Below the pieces are notes generated by a model. The model made no database searches, was not told where the DNA came from, and worked only from the letters and a program-made list of their open reading frames with translations. A program made the translations under genes and the position numbers. A stretch of DNA of 57,339 nt, the filler included, from Sphacelaria rigidula (Eukaryota), in assembly GCA_964200075.2 (NCBI GenBank). It is 7 parts of 7 records of this genome, joined end to end, with 100 filler letters (N's around TTAATTAATTAA, not from the genome) between each part and the next. Parts side by side here need not be neighbours in the genome. Positions count along the whole stretch, not along the records: positions 8,208 to 16,314 come from CAXNAA020012276.1; positions 16,415 to 24,520 come from CAXNAA020012277.1; 5 more parts are not named here. One strand, given 5' to 3'. Of this stretch, positions 11,031-23,291 are shown piece after piece (the first letter of the stretch is position 1; each line of letters begins with the position of its first letter).

Positions 11031-12964
11031 TGTTATTGAAAGTAAGCACCGAGCTTTTTCGGAAAAGGAAATGCCAATTGACACAAAAGGGGTTATGTTA
11101 CTCGTGACTTACTCGTGTTATAGCTCGTCACGGCTTGCCGGCAGAAGATGAGACGTCGCGTAGAGCAGATGAAAAGCTGATGGTCCTTCTTGTGATAAGT
11201 TCTACGGTAGCGGTTTCTGGCGGTGGTCCGCAAGTGGCCGGAGGTGGGGAGCAGGGCTATATCCACTGTTTTCTCCACACCTTCTGCCTCGCTTACAATT
11301 TGCCATAATACCCTCATCAAGGCGCGTGCCTTGGGTGGGCGCGTGCCCCATACAGCCAATCGGATACAAGCAATCCAACTACAAAATCAGCCTGACGTGC
11401 CGTGCTGTGGCCAATCAAAGCGCCCGGAGTAACGTGCGTAATTGCCCGGCCGTAATGCGCAGACCAGTCTGCAGGTTCCTCCATGTAGGATCCAAAACAC
11501 ACATATCTACTTTACAAAGTACACATTCGCCTAGAATCTTGTCGTACCCGCCGATCGTTTGTAAATCAATCGTAGTATTCCTGTACTAGTTTAATTCAGA
11601 CCCTCAGTCATTTACCATCACATTAGCCCACCCTGGACCGCTCAAGTGCAGTCACTTTTCAGGAGGGACGAACTTGCATCGAGCCACACCTCTCCCACAC
11701 AGCAGAAAACAGAGAATCCATTTTGGAGATCGAGTGCTCTTTGGTACGGGGAACGGAAGGGGCGATCAACACAAAAAAACAAGAAAATACAAACACAAGC
11801 ACAAAGCAAAGAGAATATAAAATCGAACCGATACATTGATTCAGTGTCCTCATGTTCCGTGAGCTCTTCAGACGGAGTCATGGGAAATAAGAAAATCCCA
11901 GACCAACGATCAAAGCCATGTACCACAAAATGCAGTGTCTCCAGAATGTCGTAAGCATTTCCGGAATGAACACAGGAAATCAGAGACCAATCATTGAAAC
12001 GGTTATCCTATCTTGCCATAACTATATCATGAATAAACAGTTCACTCTTTTTCGGATGTCCGATTTGTTGTAGGTCATTGGTGGAAGAACAACCAAGCCC
12101 GCCAAGGTGCTATATCATTTCGATAACCAAGTTCATGCTAATCACTCGTCCCAGTCAATCAGCAAAAGCTAGCAACGTACAGCCGATTTCGTCGCGGAAA
12201 TGATAGTTTCCCGCGAAAACCATACGTTGATAAAAAAACCAACTAGCATGACACGGACAAATCAACCCATTTGACGTGAGTTAACTCTCGGTACATGTTT
12301 GTGAGAGCAACGACTTGCTTGGAACGTCTGGTTGATGATCCAGCCGTACAGCATTTGTTTTTCATCACACGACGATACGAAAACAACCGACCGGTTTGTG
12401 AGGTCAGGTGTCCGTACACGTCAAAAGACACGTGGTGGACAATATACAACCTTCGGGCCTACTACGTAGTTCCGAGGCGGATCACCCAACACATTTCTGA
12501 ACCACGACAAATACACAGGACAGAGAGGAGCAACGCAGCCCACTCCTCACAGTATTTGCCTGTTCGGACTAAAACGAGACTGGCCCGAACACAAACTAGA
12601 GTAAAACCCACAGCCGGTCCTACCGTCACGTCACTTCGTCCAATAATCCCTGATAAAAACAAAACACCACCGACCAATTCCAGGGGCGGGTAATTGTACG
12701 CAAAAATTGGTAAGAGTGACAAAAAATAGCGAGTGGCGGACTCTGAGCCTGTAGACTGTAGACTGTACCAACGGTCGAGTATCGACATGGCGGAACGGAC
12801 AGTTCCGAAAGAGCGATCTACCTCATCATGATACCTGATGGTCCTGTATGAGGAGACGTTTACAACCGATCTTACCGCGACTTCAATAACAATTCTTGAA
12901 CACCGCTATGTACGACGCGGTCAGTGGTGGCCTCGTTGTAACTTATCACTCACCAAGGTATAAA

Positions 12965-13860
12965 TCATCGCGTCGCATTACCCGTGACCCTCCTATAAAC
13001 GAGGTCGGTCACAGGCCGCAGGACTCGCAAAAAAAGTAGGCCAAGTGTTCTAGACTCGAGGGTCAGGAACGTTGGAACACTTGTGGCGAAATTCCCGACG
13101 AAGACGCAGAAACCAATACCAAAATAAATACAAAACCAGGGGCACGTTGGGCAACAGCGAAAACAAAAATCGTCAACATGAGGCAGAAAAACAACACGTG
13201 GTAACCGTCTTTGTGAACGGGAGCAGTTATCGTGTGTATGAAGCAAGCAGGGTCAAAATTTTCAGCCAAGAAGGTCAAAACATTTCAGGCAAACCCATGT
13301 CAATATAAAACTCAACGTGGTACGCACACAAAAAGGGGACACGTCATTGCCGATCCTGCAGGTGGAGGCGGTATGCGTGTACGGAGCGGTTGGGCAAGAG
13401 CGCAATTATTCCAGACGGGGAGGTCAGGTATATGCAGCGCTCGCTCCTAAACTCTCAACCGAAAAGGCAAAAATAAAGAAAAATACTGACAACACATGAT
13501 ACAAAGAAAAAGGACACGTCATGACCGGTCCCGAAGAGGGAGGCGGCATTCGCGTGCGGAGCGATTGAACAAGAGCGCAAATATTCCAGACGGGGGCGTC
13601 AGGTATGGCTAGCGCTTGCTCCGGGAACTCTTCCATCGAAACAAAAAAATAAAAATAAAGATCATGTAATAAACAAAGCAAGACAAGATGTGCGCACAAC
13701 GAGAAGAAAAAATGAAGAAATAAATAACTCGTGGCAACTGTTCCAGTAGAAGGAATGGTTGTGAATGTACGGCACAGAGGATGGAGGTTCAAGATTCCAG
13801 ACTCGGGGTCAGGAATGGAACGGTCGTCACTTGTACTTTGCCAGATGAACCCAGGATTAA
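12965..13860. repeat. Diverged tandem units with A-rich spacers and a conserved stem-loop core, downstream of the gypsy pol
   Basis: Core TTCYAGAC-N5/6-GTCAGG at about 13048, 13409, 13584 and 13795. Units 13337-13465 and 13512-13640 align end to end. Confidence 0.7.
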
Positions 13861-14199
13861 ACAAGAAAATTACCCATTGAACACAAAAAATGAAAAACAC
13901 AGCACAAGGCGAAAAGAGAAGAAAAGAAGAGCAGAAAAACAAAAAGCAAAGACAAAAAACAAATCAAAGCAATTAACGCAAAGGCAAAGAAAACCGAAAC
14001 ACAAAATCAAGGCCGAAGCAACAAAAAACAAAACACAACAAAAAAATACGAAATATAAAAACAAAAGACCAAATACCAAATACAAAACACGACATCAACC
14101 ACTACAAGTACGGGGCTAACCAGTACGAAAAAAATGAAGGGGGGAAGGGGGGGAACACATGGCTTTCCAACGACACTACAATGCAAGACAAGCGACTCG

Positions 14200-16314
14200 A
14201 ACGCGGTACACTACGCAGGGTGAATGGGGAAGCAGACTCGGATGCGGCATCATGAGTCATCTGCATCCCAAGCGGTGTCCGTGTTCCGTAGAACGGCTGT
14301 TTCGAGTTCGCCTTGGTCGTGTCGTTGGAGGCACGAGGATCACCTCCAAGCGGTCGGCTCCTCGGTGTAGTACGCACCATCCAAGCGAATCTTAAGGGGG
14401 CTCGGGTCATCAAGGAAACGGATCAAGTGGTCAGATGCAGGATCGACCAAATGAATTTTTCCCAACCACCACAGTGAATCCAAGGCCTTATACCAAAAAT
14501 ACGCCCATTTCGGCAATCGTTTTCCGTGAAAACACTGCATGTATCGTGAACGCGAAAGAAGGCTATATCCTGCCACAACAAACCGCGCTGAGTGTTCACG
14601 TGCCAGTTCTCGAGCGGCAGCTCCCTTGCGCATCGACCGATATCTCTGATTCAACGGGCGGTGTTGGACGGTATCTCCTACCCAGTACAGCGATATTTTC
14701 CGACGAAAATGACACAAATCAACCTCACGCTCCCATGTAACACGTATGATACCCTTCCAATGTGTTTGATACATTACCGCTATCTTACCTCCACGACCAC
14801 GAACCAGTTGGTGACCCGAAATCCCATCTACCTCAACGCGTTCCAGGGGTTCGTCCGCATCCTCGACCGTCATATGTTACGGCGGGGTTTTGATTGCGTA
14901 CTTGGTCAACACATACTGGCTAAGCCCTACCGGCAGTTGTTTGGGCATGTCAGAGGAGTCATGAGGGGGGATACACGGTTTGCATCGTAACATCGAGACG
15001 CGATTTTTCGGTTTCAAACCAGGTTCATCCGTGGGAAAATCTACATACAAGAGTTTCGCTCCCACCGGACTCTTGTCGGGTGCGGTAGCGCTCGGAGCAA
15101 CAGCTAAAAAATTTCAAAGACCAGTCCAATTCAAAGATATTTTCGCCTTCAACACTTTATTCAAAGATGATGATTTCGAGCTAGCCCCTTGATTGATGGT
15201 CTTCACATCGTTATACCTCCATACCCATTGGCCTACCTTCCACACCGGGCGGTTATGCACCACATAATCCAACATCGAGTTCGCCCTGGCTAAGTTGGCC
15301 AAATTGATTTATTTGGTTCTGTTAACCGACAAATGATACTCTGCAACATCACGATCCAGACTCTGATGTCCACCTGTATTTTTGCGTTTGAATACCGTTG
15401 AAGGTAACCGAGGCATGCATCCGATATGAATTTAAGTCAGCGACAATCCCGTAGCGGCATTGACTGAATTGTTGTAGTTCATCTGGACAAGGGGCAGGTG
15501 CAGATCCCAGTCCATCTGTCTCTCATTCGCTACAGCAGCAAGCATCTATGCTATCGTATGGTCCACTCATTCCGTTCCACCATTGGTGGAAGGGTGATAT
15601 GAACTAGTAAAAATGCGATGGATACCCAAAAGGTCACTGACGGCGGCAGAAAGCTTGCGTGAAAAATGCGGACCGTTGTCAGGTAATAAGCGTTCGGGCA
15701 CACCCCACAGTGGGATGTACATGTAGACAAGAATGTTGGCGGTACCTTCCGCGGTATAACTACTGGGGGGGATGGCGTGCATCACCGGATATCGACTAAA
15801 TCTATCCGTAAACAACAAAATATACTTATTCCCACTACCCGTCAGGGGCAAAGGACCAAAACAGTCCCACGAAATTACTTCACCAGGCCCGTTTGGGAGT
15901 GGCATGGAAACAATTGGCCAACGAAGTTTTTGGCGAGAAGTTTTTCGCGCCTGACGCAAAAGACAACGCCTCACCCACCAACGACAACACTGATCCATAC
16001 AAATCCACCAATAAAAATGTTCCAACACCTGGGAGGTCCTAATGACGCCTAAATGAGTCGATGCCTGTGAATGGCATTCGTGTAGAACCCATGGGCGCAG
16101 TAGCATCGGGACATAGATGCAGACGGGTTCATCACCTAGCAAGAGGGCATTTCGACTTGTAGGCTTCCCCCTTGGGAGGGCTGCTGACACTTTCTACGGT
16201 AGCCCCCCCCCCAAAAAGGGCATGGTTTTGGGAGACATAATCTTCGCGTAAATCGAAATGGGAAAAGCCGAGCACAACAAGAAGCTGGGAGTTCCCACGC
16301 TTGGGTTCGTTCTA
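14200..16314 (-). mobile_element. Ty3/gypsy LTR retrotransposon, copy 1: integrase (HHCC-like, DDE core), GPY/F region, chromodomain, Tudor-like domain; contains stops
   Basis: ORF 15567-16190: HECH...HLG...FYWW...SWDCFGPLP...FTDRFSR...PDNGPHF...YHPSTNGGTE. KISLNWTG near 15120. ORF 14340-14873: VEVDGISGHQ...YQTHWKG...TWERE. Confidence 0.92.
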
Positions 16315-16414
16315 NNNNNNNNNNNNNNNNNNNNNNNNNNNNNNNNNNNNNNNNNNNNTTAATTAATTAANNNNNNNNNNNNNNNNNNNNNNNNNNNNNN
16401 NNNNNNNNNNNNNN

Positions 16415-16500
16415 CCGTTGCTGCTTTCAACGACGATCTAACTCGAAATTTCAAGCAAAAAATGGCCCAAAATACCCCCCCCCCTATCGTAGGATGACTC
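16415..16500. mobile_element. Terminal fragment of the Sola-like MITE
   Basis: Ends CCCCTATCGTAGGATGACTC as at 11030 and 23755; truncated by the contig start. Confidence 0.75.
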
Positions 16501-17199
16501 AAATATCGAAACAGCGAAGCTGAACAACTATAAGTTCCAAGAACAAAAAATAATAAAATACACTGTCGAACATGATACACAATGGTAATGCATGACCACG
16601 ATCACCATGTCATATGCCACGAGTTTCAACAACAAAACTCATCAAGCATGCAACACACAACAACACCGCTTGGGGCGGTTATGCCTTTGTTCAAGGAATT
16701 AAGTTCAAAAAAGAAATACAAAGCGACGAGCAGCAGCACACGCTGTAGCGACCAGTTCGGTGACAGCGATCGGTAGCGGTGAAGTTAGCTGATCGAGCGA
16801 ACCACAGCACACACCGTGGGGACCTGATGAGAGGTGTGATCGGTACGGATGTACGAAAAGGGTTCGAAGCACTGGAGTGTTCGAAAGGTGTGAACCTTGG
16901 GCAATCCACAAACGCAACACGAAAGAGAAAGAGACAGAACAAAAATAAACAAGAAAAAACAGAAAGTACATACGCCAACACAAGACAATACAAAAAAGAA
17001 GCACACACACAAAGACAAAAACAAAACAAAACGAAACACACATGAAAAGAAACTGAACAAAAATACACATATATACTAGAACCTTCAGCGCGCGGAACGT
17101 CCGCAGAAGAGACACACGTCATTGGCTACTTGGGATACGGGGGCAACCGGGCAACACGGGACTTTCACGACGACTCCAACGACAACACGAGGCTCCAGG

Positions 17200-20100
17200 C
17201 AAAAGAAACTGGGTATCACACGAATTAATCGGAAAGCACAAGTACTATCAAGCTCCATCAGTGTCCCACGCCATGTCAGGATTGCGTAAGACAGCTTTGT
17301 CGATGTCGCCTTTGTCGTGTCGCTGTAAGCACCTAGATATTCGGCGGGCGGTTGACACCTTTGCGTAGTAGTCGTAGTCGAGGCAGATTTTGAGGGGGCC
17401 CGGGTCATTGAGCGAATGAAGCAAGAGTGGTCTACTGCAGAATAAATCAAACGAATTTTCCCCAGCCACCACCACGAATCCATTGCTTCGTACCAAATAT
17501 ACCCGCTTTGGGGAAAGCGCTTCCTACGAAAAGAAACTAATTGTTGCGAACGAGACACAAAGATATACCCGCCGATGATGAACCGCGCGGAGTGCTCCCG
17601 TGCTAGCTCACGAGCCGCTACTCCCTTCCGCATGGATCTATAGCGTGTGTGCAACGGATGGTGTTGTACGACATCTCGTACCCGATACAGAAGTGTTTCT
17701 CTCCGAAAATAGCGCAAATTGACTTCTCGTCCCCATGTAACACACATGATGCCATTCCAGTGTATCTGATACATAGCCGCTATTTTACCTCCTCGACCTC
17801 GAACTCATTGATGGCCCCAGATGCGATCCACCACCACACGCTCAAGAGGGCCGTTGGCGTCTTCAACCGTCATGGGATACGGCGGAGCTTTGGTCGCATA
17901 GTTGGTCAGGACGTACTAACTGAGACCTAGTGGCAATTGTTTGGGCATGTCTGTTGTATCATGTGGGGGCAGACACGGTTTACATCTAAGCATCGGAACT
18001 CGGTTTTTGGGTCTGATGTCAGATTAATCCAAAATAGTGTTTGCCCTGGCAACTTTCGCTGCATTGATTTAGTTCTGCTTGCGTACCACATCATATGCAA
18101 GACGAAACGATGACTAACAGAAATATAGTATCCCGTAATATCTCGATCCAAACTTTGGTGGCCTCCGAAAGGTTTCATGTCATGATGAAGTTACTGAACT
18201 ATCGCGAAAAAGTATGCTTGATACGGATGATGATGAAAAGTGTGCAGCTGAAAAGTGTGGGGGCTTTGTGGTTCCCAACGGGCAAGAGGAATTCAGCTGC
18301 TGAAAAAAGAAACGGGCAGTCTTTGGATAGATAATGCACAGCCAGTCTACAATCAGGTTCAGCTTGTTATTACCTGGCCCAATCGGCGTGGGAGAAATGG
18401 GTCAAACGTTCCTCAAGTACACTATCCGACGGTTTGTCCAAAATGAAGGGGTTCGTGTCACGGCTGTGCTGACTCGAATCAGGGATATTTGGATCATGGG
18501 TGGGGGGATTAGCTCGTGTATCTTCGAGCGGAACGTCGGTTTCGACTCTCACATCGACCAGTGTGTTGCATGATGTGGCGTCAGTGGGGACACCATCACC
18601 GGAAGGGGAGAGCAAAGCCGAGGTTTCGGCTATGGGAGGTAGGGGTGCCATGGATAGGATCGAGTTTATGAGAGCCTCGCGCCGCGGTGGGTGAGGGGGC
18701 GCAAGGGATGTATCTTGCACCGGAACGGGAGTCGGGATGGGAAGGTTCGGGCCAGCCGTCAGGGTGGGGTCGTCTCGGCGGTCCGTCGCCCTCGGGTTTT
18801 ACTCGTGATGAGATCTCGAACTCGAACTGGGAGGACAAAGTCAGTACAAACCGGGTCTACATCTGCAGTACAAGCGTTTCGATGACTAGTTGCACGGCAT
18901 TGATCATACCTATTCGTGTTTGTACTACTTCCACTCCAGACTGAACGCAACGATCGTGGTGGCATACTGCCTAGTACAGAAGTGTGTGCTGTAGTTGTCA
19001 GCCCACCAATACCAAGTGCCCGAGTTGTGGCTCAGTGAAAGTGGTGTGTAGAGTCCGCTATGACCGTTCCTGCCAATGAAATATATAATGTCTTCGACGG
19101 GATCCGTGGTGCGTCCCAAGGCCGGCTGTCGATGGCTTGAGTCGGTATGGGCAAGCGAGATAAATAAAAACAGCATTTGCGTTTTGAGGTCCTGTTTGAC
19201 ACTTCAGCGTGATGTTGTAAGAGGACAGGAAATCAAACCAGCGGTGGACCCGGGGGTTGTGTTCCGCCATTTAGCGAGGTTCACCATAGACTTATGATCT
19301 GTATAAATCACAAACCGGATGTTACACAAGTACTGGCAAAGTTATCACACTCCCCACACAATCGCGCCCGCCTCTTGCTCCATGATCTACCAGTCCTGCT
19401 CGTTTGGGTAGGTGATTCGACTCAAATATACAATGGGGGGAACATTAGCATCTGTGTAAAAGTTTTCTGTTCCAACGTGCAGTCGAACCCAACTTTGGAG
19501 GAACCCCAGTGAAGTCGGAACGGTCGTGAGCCATCTTCAGCTGCTGACCAGTCTAGACAAACCAAGATTGGTGGTATCGAAAGTGTGTCAAGCAGTTGAC
19601 GTACGTTTTTTTCGTATCCGACGTGAACACGAATTCCACTCCTTTTTGAAAAGGATGTGAGGGGTTTGAGGGTTTGGGCTAGATTCGGCAAATACTGTCG
19701 GTAGTAGCCCCAACCGCCAAGCAAGGAGCGTAGTTGACACGTATCCCGTGGCATGGGCATAGTTGAAAGTGCGGCAGCCTCGTTGAGGTTCGGGCTACGA
19801 GCTTTAGGAGAGATGAAGTGGCCTAAGAATTCGATGCTAGTCGCTCCAATGCCGGATTTGGACGGGGCGAGTTTCAAGTTGTGTTGTTCAAAGCGCGCGA
19901 AGAAAGACGCAAAGTGCTCGGCATGTTCGGGAGTGTGCTACCGCGTATTACCGTATCATTAGGGTATACATACATGACACTTGAAGAATCCAGTAGTCAC
20001 ACGGAACGTCACACGTTGACACGCCCGGGGGGCGTCGACGGCACCTTGTGGTGATACCAACCATTCGTACAGGCCTCACGATGCAAAAAACGCCGTCAAC

Positions 20101-23040
20101 TCTATAAATTGCGGGTCCGTGACAAGTTGGTGGTAGCTGATGCACTATTTTCGTTGTGAACGAGGCATCCATGATTGCCGTTCCACTGACTAGATCCGCT
20201 CCAAATTCTGGCAAGAAATCTGTGGACAAACCCTGCTTGTGATTGTGAACGATTGCACTGCAATACACACGCTGATGATCCTTCGGAACAAGATTTCTGT
20301 CCGAGGGTGGGTCCGGGCACGGAGTGTCTTTTACAGTTGTTGGGGAAATTGTCGAGTGTTGAATTCCGTACACTGTGATGGATGGACGATGCCTGAGAAG
20401 GGCAGTTGTCGTGGCTGGACGCGACAACTGTTGCGTTTGGTTTGGGACACTTGATCGACCGCAACAAGTAGCGCAGCATCTAGTACGGGCAAACAAGGGG
20501 ACGATTCGGCAAGGGGCGGAAGTGATTTGGCTATACCATTCAGCCGGTCGCCGCGGTGGCTCAGTTAGTAACCTCGGAACCTTCTGACGGTTGGGTCGTG
20601 GGTTCACATCTCGGAGCGATCTGGGGTTTTTCTCACACCATCTCGAACAGTGGAGAGCGACTATGTCGTGGGTACACAACATTCGACTTAATGGTCGACG
20701 ATGGAAAGGGACTGCTGATCCCCTCTCGCGATAAACAATGAAGAGAGGCACCGCAGAAGAAAGGTGGAGTACTAAAAACAAACAAAAAAAAACAACTCCT
20801 ATGTTGACCCTCCTCCTGTATGACCCCCCGGCTGGTGCGCCCACATATAACGAAAGGTGTAGACTGGCGTCCAGCATAGATTGAACGACAACACACACAC
20901 GACGACACCATTCAACTCGCCACCCTTGTCAGTTGGGGCCAACGTTGGTACAACAGGGGACGAGCGGTCAGACGTGGACGGCTCGCCGGTCACTACACCA
21001 TGTTTTCCTTGTGATGAAGGCACAGACGGAAGGTTTTCATGACAAGGAGGCGAACGCCCAATTGACAGCGAGGTATTTGACCGAAGAGATGACAACGCCA
21101 ATTTTGTGGTGGGTTCTAGCATTGTGTGTGAGGGGTCGGCACGGAGCAGGGTTGATCTGTTCGATATCTGGAAAACGCCGGCCTGGTCCACTGTACCGTC
21201 TTCATCTGAAGAAACCCACACTCCTTCACGATCGTGGTAGACGGGTGCAACTGCGTCATCAGGGATATTTATAGGGTCATCCGGAGGCGCCCGCCGAGGG
21301 TTACGCGTATAACGCACCAAACGTTCGGCTGCTCCGGGGACTATTGGGAATTGGTCAAGCGCAGTACGCCCTCAGTCACGCTCATGGTGCTCCACCGGCG
21401 CTGTAACTTGGGGTTCCCTCCCAACCCGCTGAGCGATGGAAAGCCAGGGTTCGTTACGGTTGCGCTCCGTGCACAAACAATTATCCTTACCAAAAAAAAA
21501 GGAGCCGGGCACCGACGTAATTTATTTCGTGGGTGTAACGTGGATCGGCTTGCCACCTAAGCGTCTTCGGGGGCTGGTGTGTGGCCTTGATTTTGATATC
21601 CTACGATGAACGGTCGCAGGGGTAACAGCTCCCGCGCCAAAAGATGTATCTGCTTCGGGTGCGGGAGGTATTACGCTACATGACTGCCGATCCCGCGAGG
21701 AGAAAGGTTCCAACCGGCTATGATTAATACCACTTGGATGTAAAACTGGATGAACAGCTCCTTAAATCACTGGGGTTGGTCATTGCTCAATTGGGAGTCA
21801 TGGAAAGGTGCAAGGGATTCTGCTGCCATGAAACCCATCATGACAGTCTGATCGAGCTCAGGGTACCCGCCCACGACCCTGAACCTGTGCTGGTCGACAC
21901 TGATTCAGGTTTATGATGTGTGTTCACTAGCCGAGCGAAAGAGGGGGGAGGGGGCACTTCCGCGGCATTTCGCCGTCAATAATTGGTTCCCTAATGTGGG
22001 CCTTTGGCAGACAGTGGGGAATGAACGCGAAGTATAATCAGAACGTTTAGAGGGCGGCAGCTCAGTTACGGGGGCAGTCGCACACTCGGGGCTACCCCAC
22101 TGTATGCTATTCGGAAACGCGGGGCTCTGTACATTTCCAAATCACCGTCAGGTGATGCGTTTAGCATCAGTGGAAAAACGGTTGTCTTCCTGGCGGGGTT
22201 CTGCCGGTGTGGCAGTTCCTGTTGTGAAAGGTAGACGAACGTCTTGTGGTTGTTCTTTGTTTGTGGATAAAAAGCGCCAGGCGGAGGGGGGGGGCAGGCT
22301 CGTGCGGACAGCGTCAGCCGGCTGAGTCTGATAGTAGGGCTGATGGTACTGGTTGTTGGGGGCGCGAGGTTCATTACCAAGGTGACGATTTCCGCGCCGT
22401 GGACGTTGGTGTGAATTGCGGGCGTCGCCAGATTGAGGGCGGCGGTAAGAACGCATACGCGCTTGCCAGGTCTACCAGCATTGAAAATATTTGGTCCAAG
22501 TAAAGTGGTTTGAGCACACCGAACGCGTTTGTGAAATGGTTCTCACAGGTGCGTATCAAATATGGGCACGCAATCGGTCGCGGGATAACCAGTTTGTTCA
22601 TGAAACCAAATGCCACAACATTAACGTGTATCCTTACGGGGGCGGATCAGGGCAGTCCCAATGATGGGATCGACGTGACGGGTCCATATCGGTGTTCCGA
22701 AATGGTTCGTGGACGTGCTGATTTGATGTGCTCATCGCCAAATGTTTGGTACGAAAAGCCGAGGAGTGAATCGACTGGTAATCATGACGGGGGTTGGTAC
22801 CGTCGCTGAAAACATTACCTAACCGACTGATAAATTCGTATATTATCCATTTCAGCCAGCGAGACGGACGGTGGGACGCATCCGTGCTGCCGAAAATTGA
22901 ATCAAGAAGGGCAAGGAAGTGAGAAAACGCAATGACGGACTTCGTTCTTCTCATAAAAGTCTGGATGTCAGGGGTTGGCTGCAGATGACGGGTTTTATTC
23001 GACATGCAGCTTAGTGCACACCGCACATTTACCCTGCCTG
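17200..23040 (-). mobile_element. Ty3/gypsy LTR retrotransposon, copy 2 (same family): degenerate gag region, RT, RNase H, integrase with the catalytic core deleted, chromodomain and Tudor-like domain
   Basis: RT: YHQL...TAFFAS*GLYEWLVSPQG (~20040-20150), KLAPSKSGIGATSIEFLGH, QLRSLLGGWGYYRQY. RNase H: RPFRLH, NPRVHRWFDFLSSY. The C-terminus at 17250-17870 is homologous to 14340-14873. The upstream (gag) boundary is approximate. Confidence 0.88.
20545..20906 (+). mobile_element. tRNA-derived SINE nested in gypsy copy 2
   Basis: A-box TGGCTCAGTTAG (20557), B-box GGTTCACATCTC (20601), (CA)n tail. ~10-bp TSD ACCATTCAGC/ACCATTCAAC at 20535-20544 and 20907-20916. A related tail lies on the minus strand at ~10600-10640. 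Confidence 0.75.
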
Positions 23041-23291
23041 TCACCTGATTAATGAGGTGTTCGGGCGAGGTGAATGTAGAAAATTAATAAAGGATTAAAG
23101 GAACGTCCGAAAGAAGAAGAAAATAGAAGAAAAAGACAGTTTGGGTTGTATGACACAATCGAAAGATCGCCTGGCATAAAGTGCTTGTTTTCATGCAGCA
23201 TTGTACAGAGATATCGACGATTGAATTATGCCGCCATGGGAAACAAAGAAAACAAATCTGTACTCACGAGGCACAGCGAACATCGACGTCA

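Noticed and set aside
11093-11500. Candidate 3' LTR of gypsy copy 1
   Set aside because: TG...CA ends can be chosen, but there is no adjacent polypurine tract and no second LTR in the contig to confirm them.
13337-13640. Peptide-level similarity between tandem units suggesting short coding repeats
   Set aside because: Both candidate frames contain a stop in or next to one unit and the other units shift frame. Base-pair covariation explains the pattern better.
16824-16858. CTGATGA...CGAAA resembling a hammerhead ribozyme core
   Set aside because: The intervening sequence cannot form stem II beyond one G-C pair, and no stem I/III with a UH cleavage site is evident.
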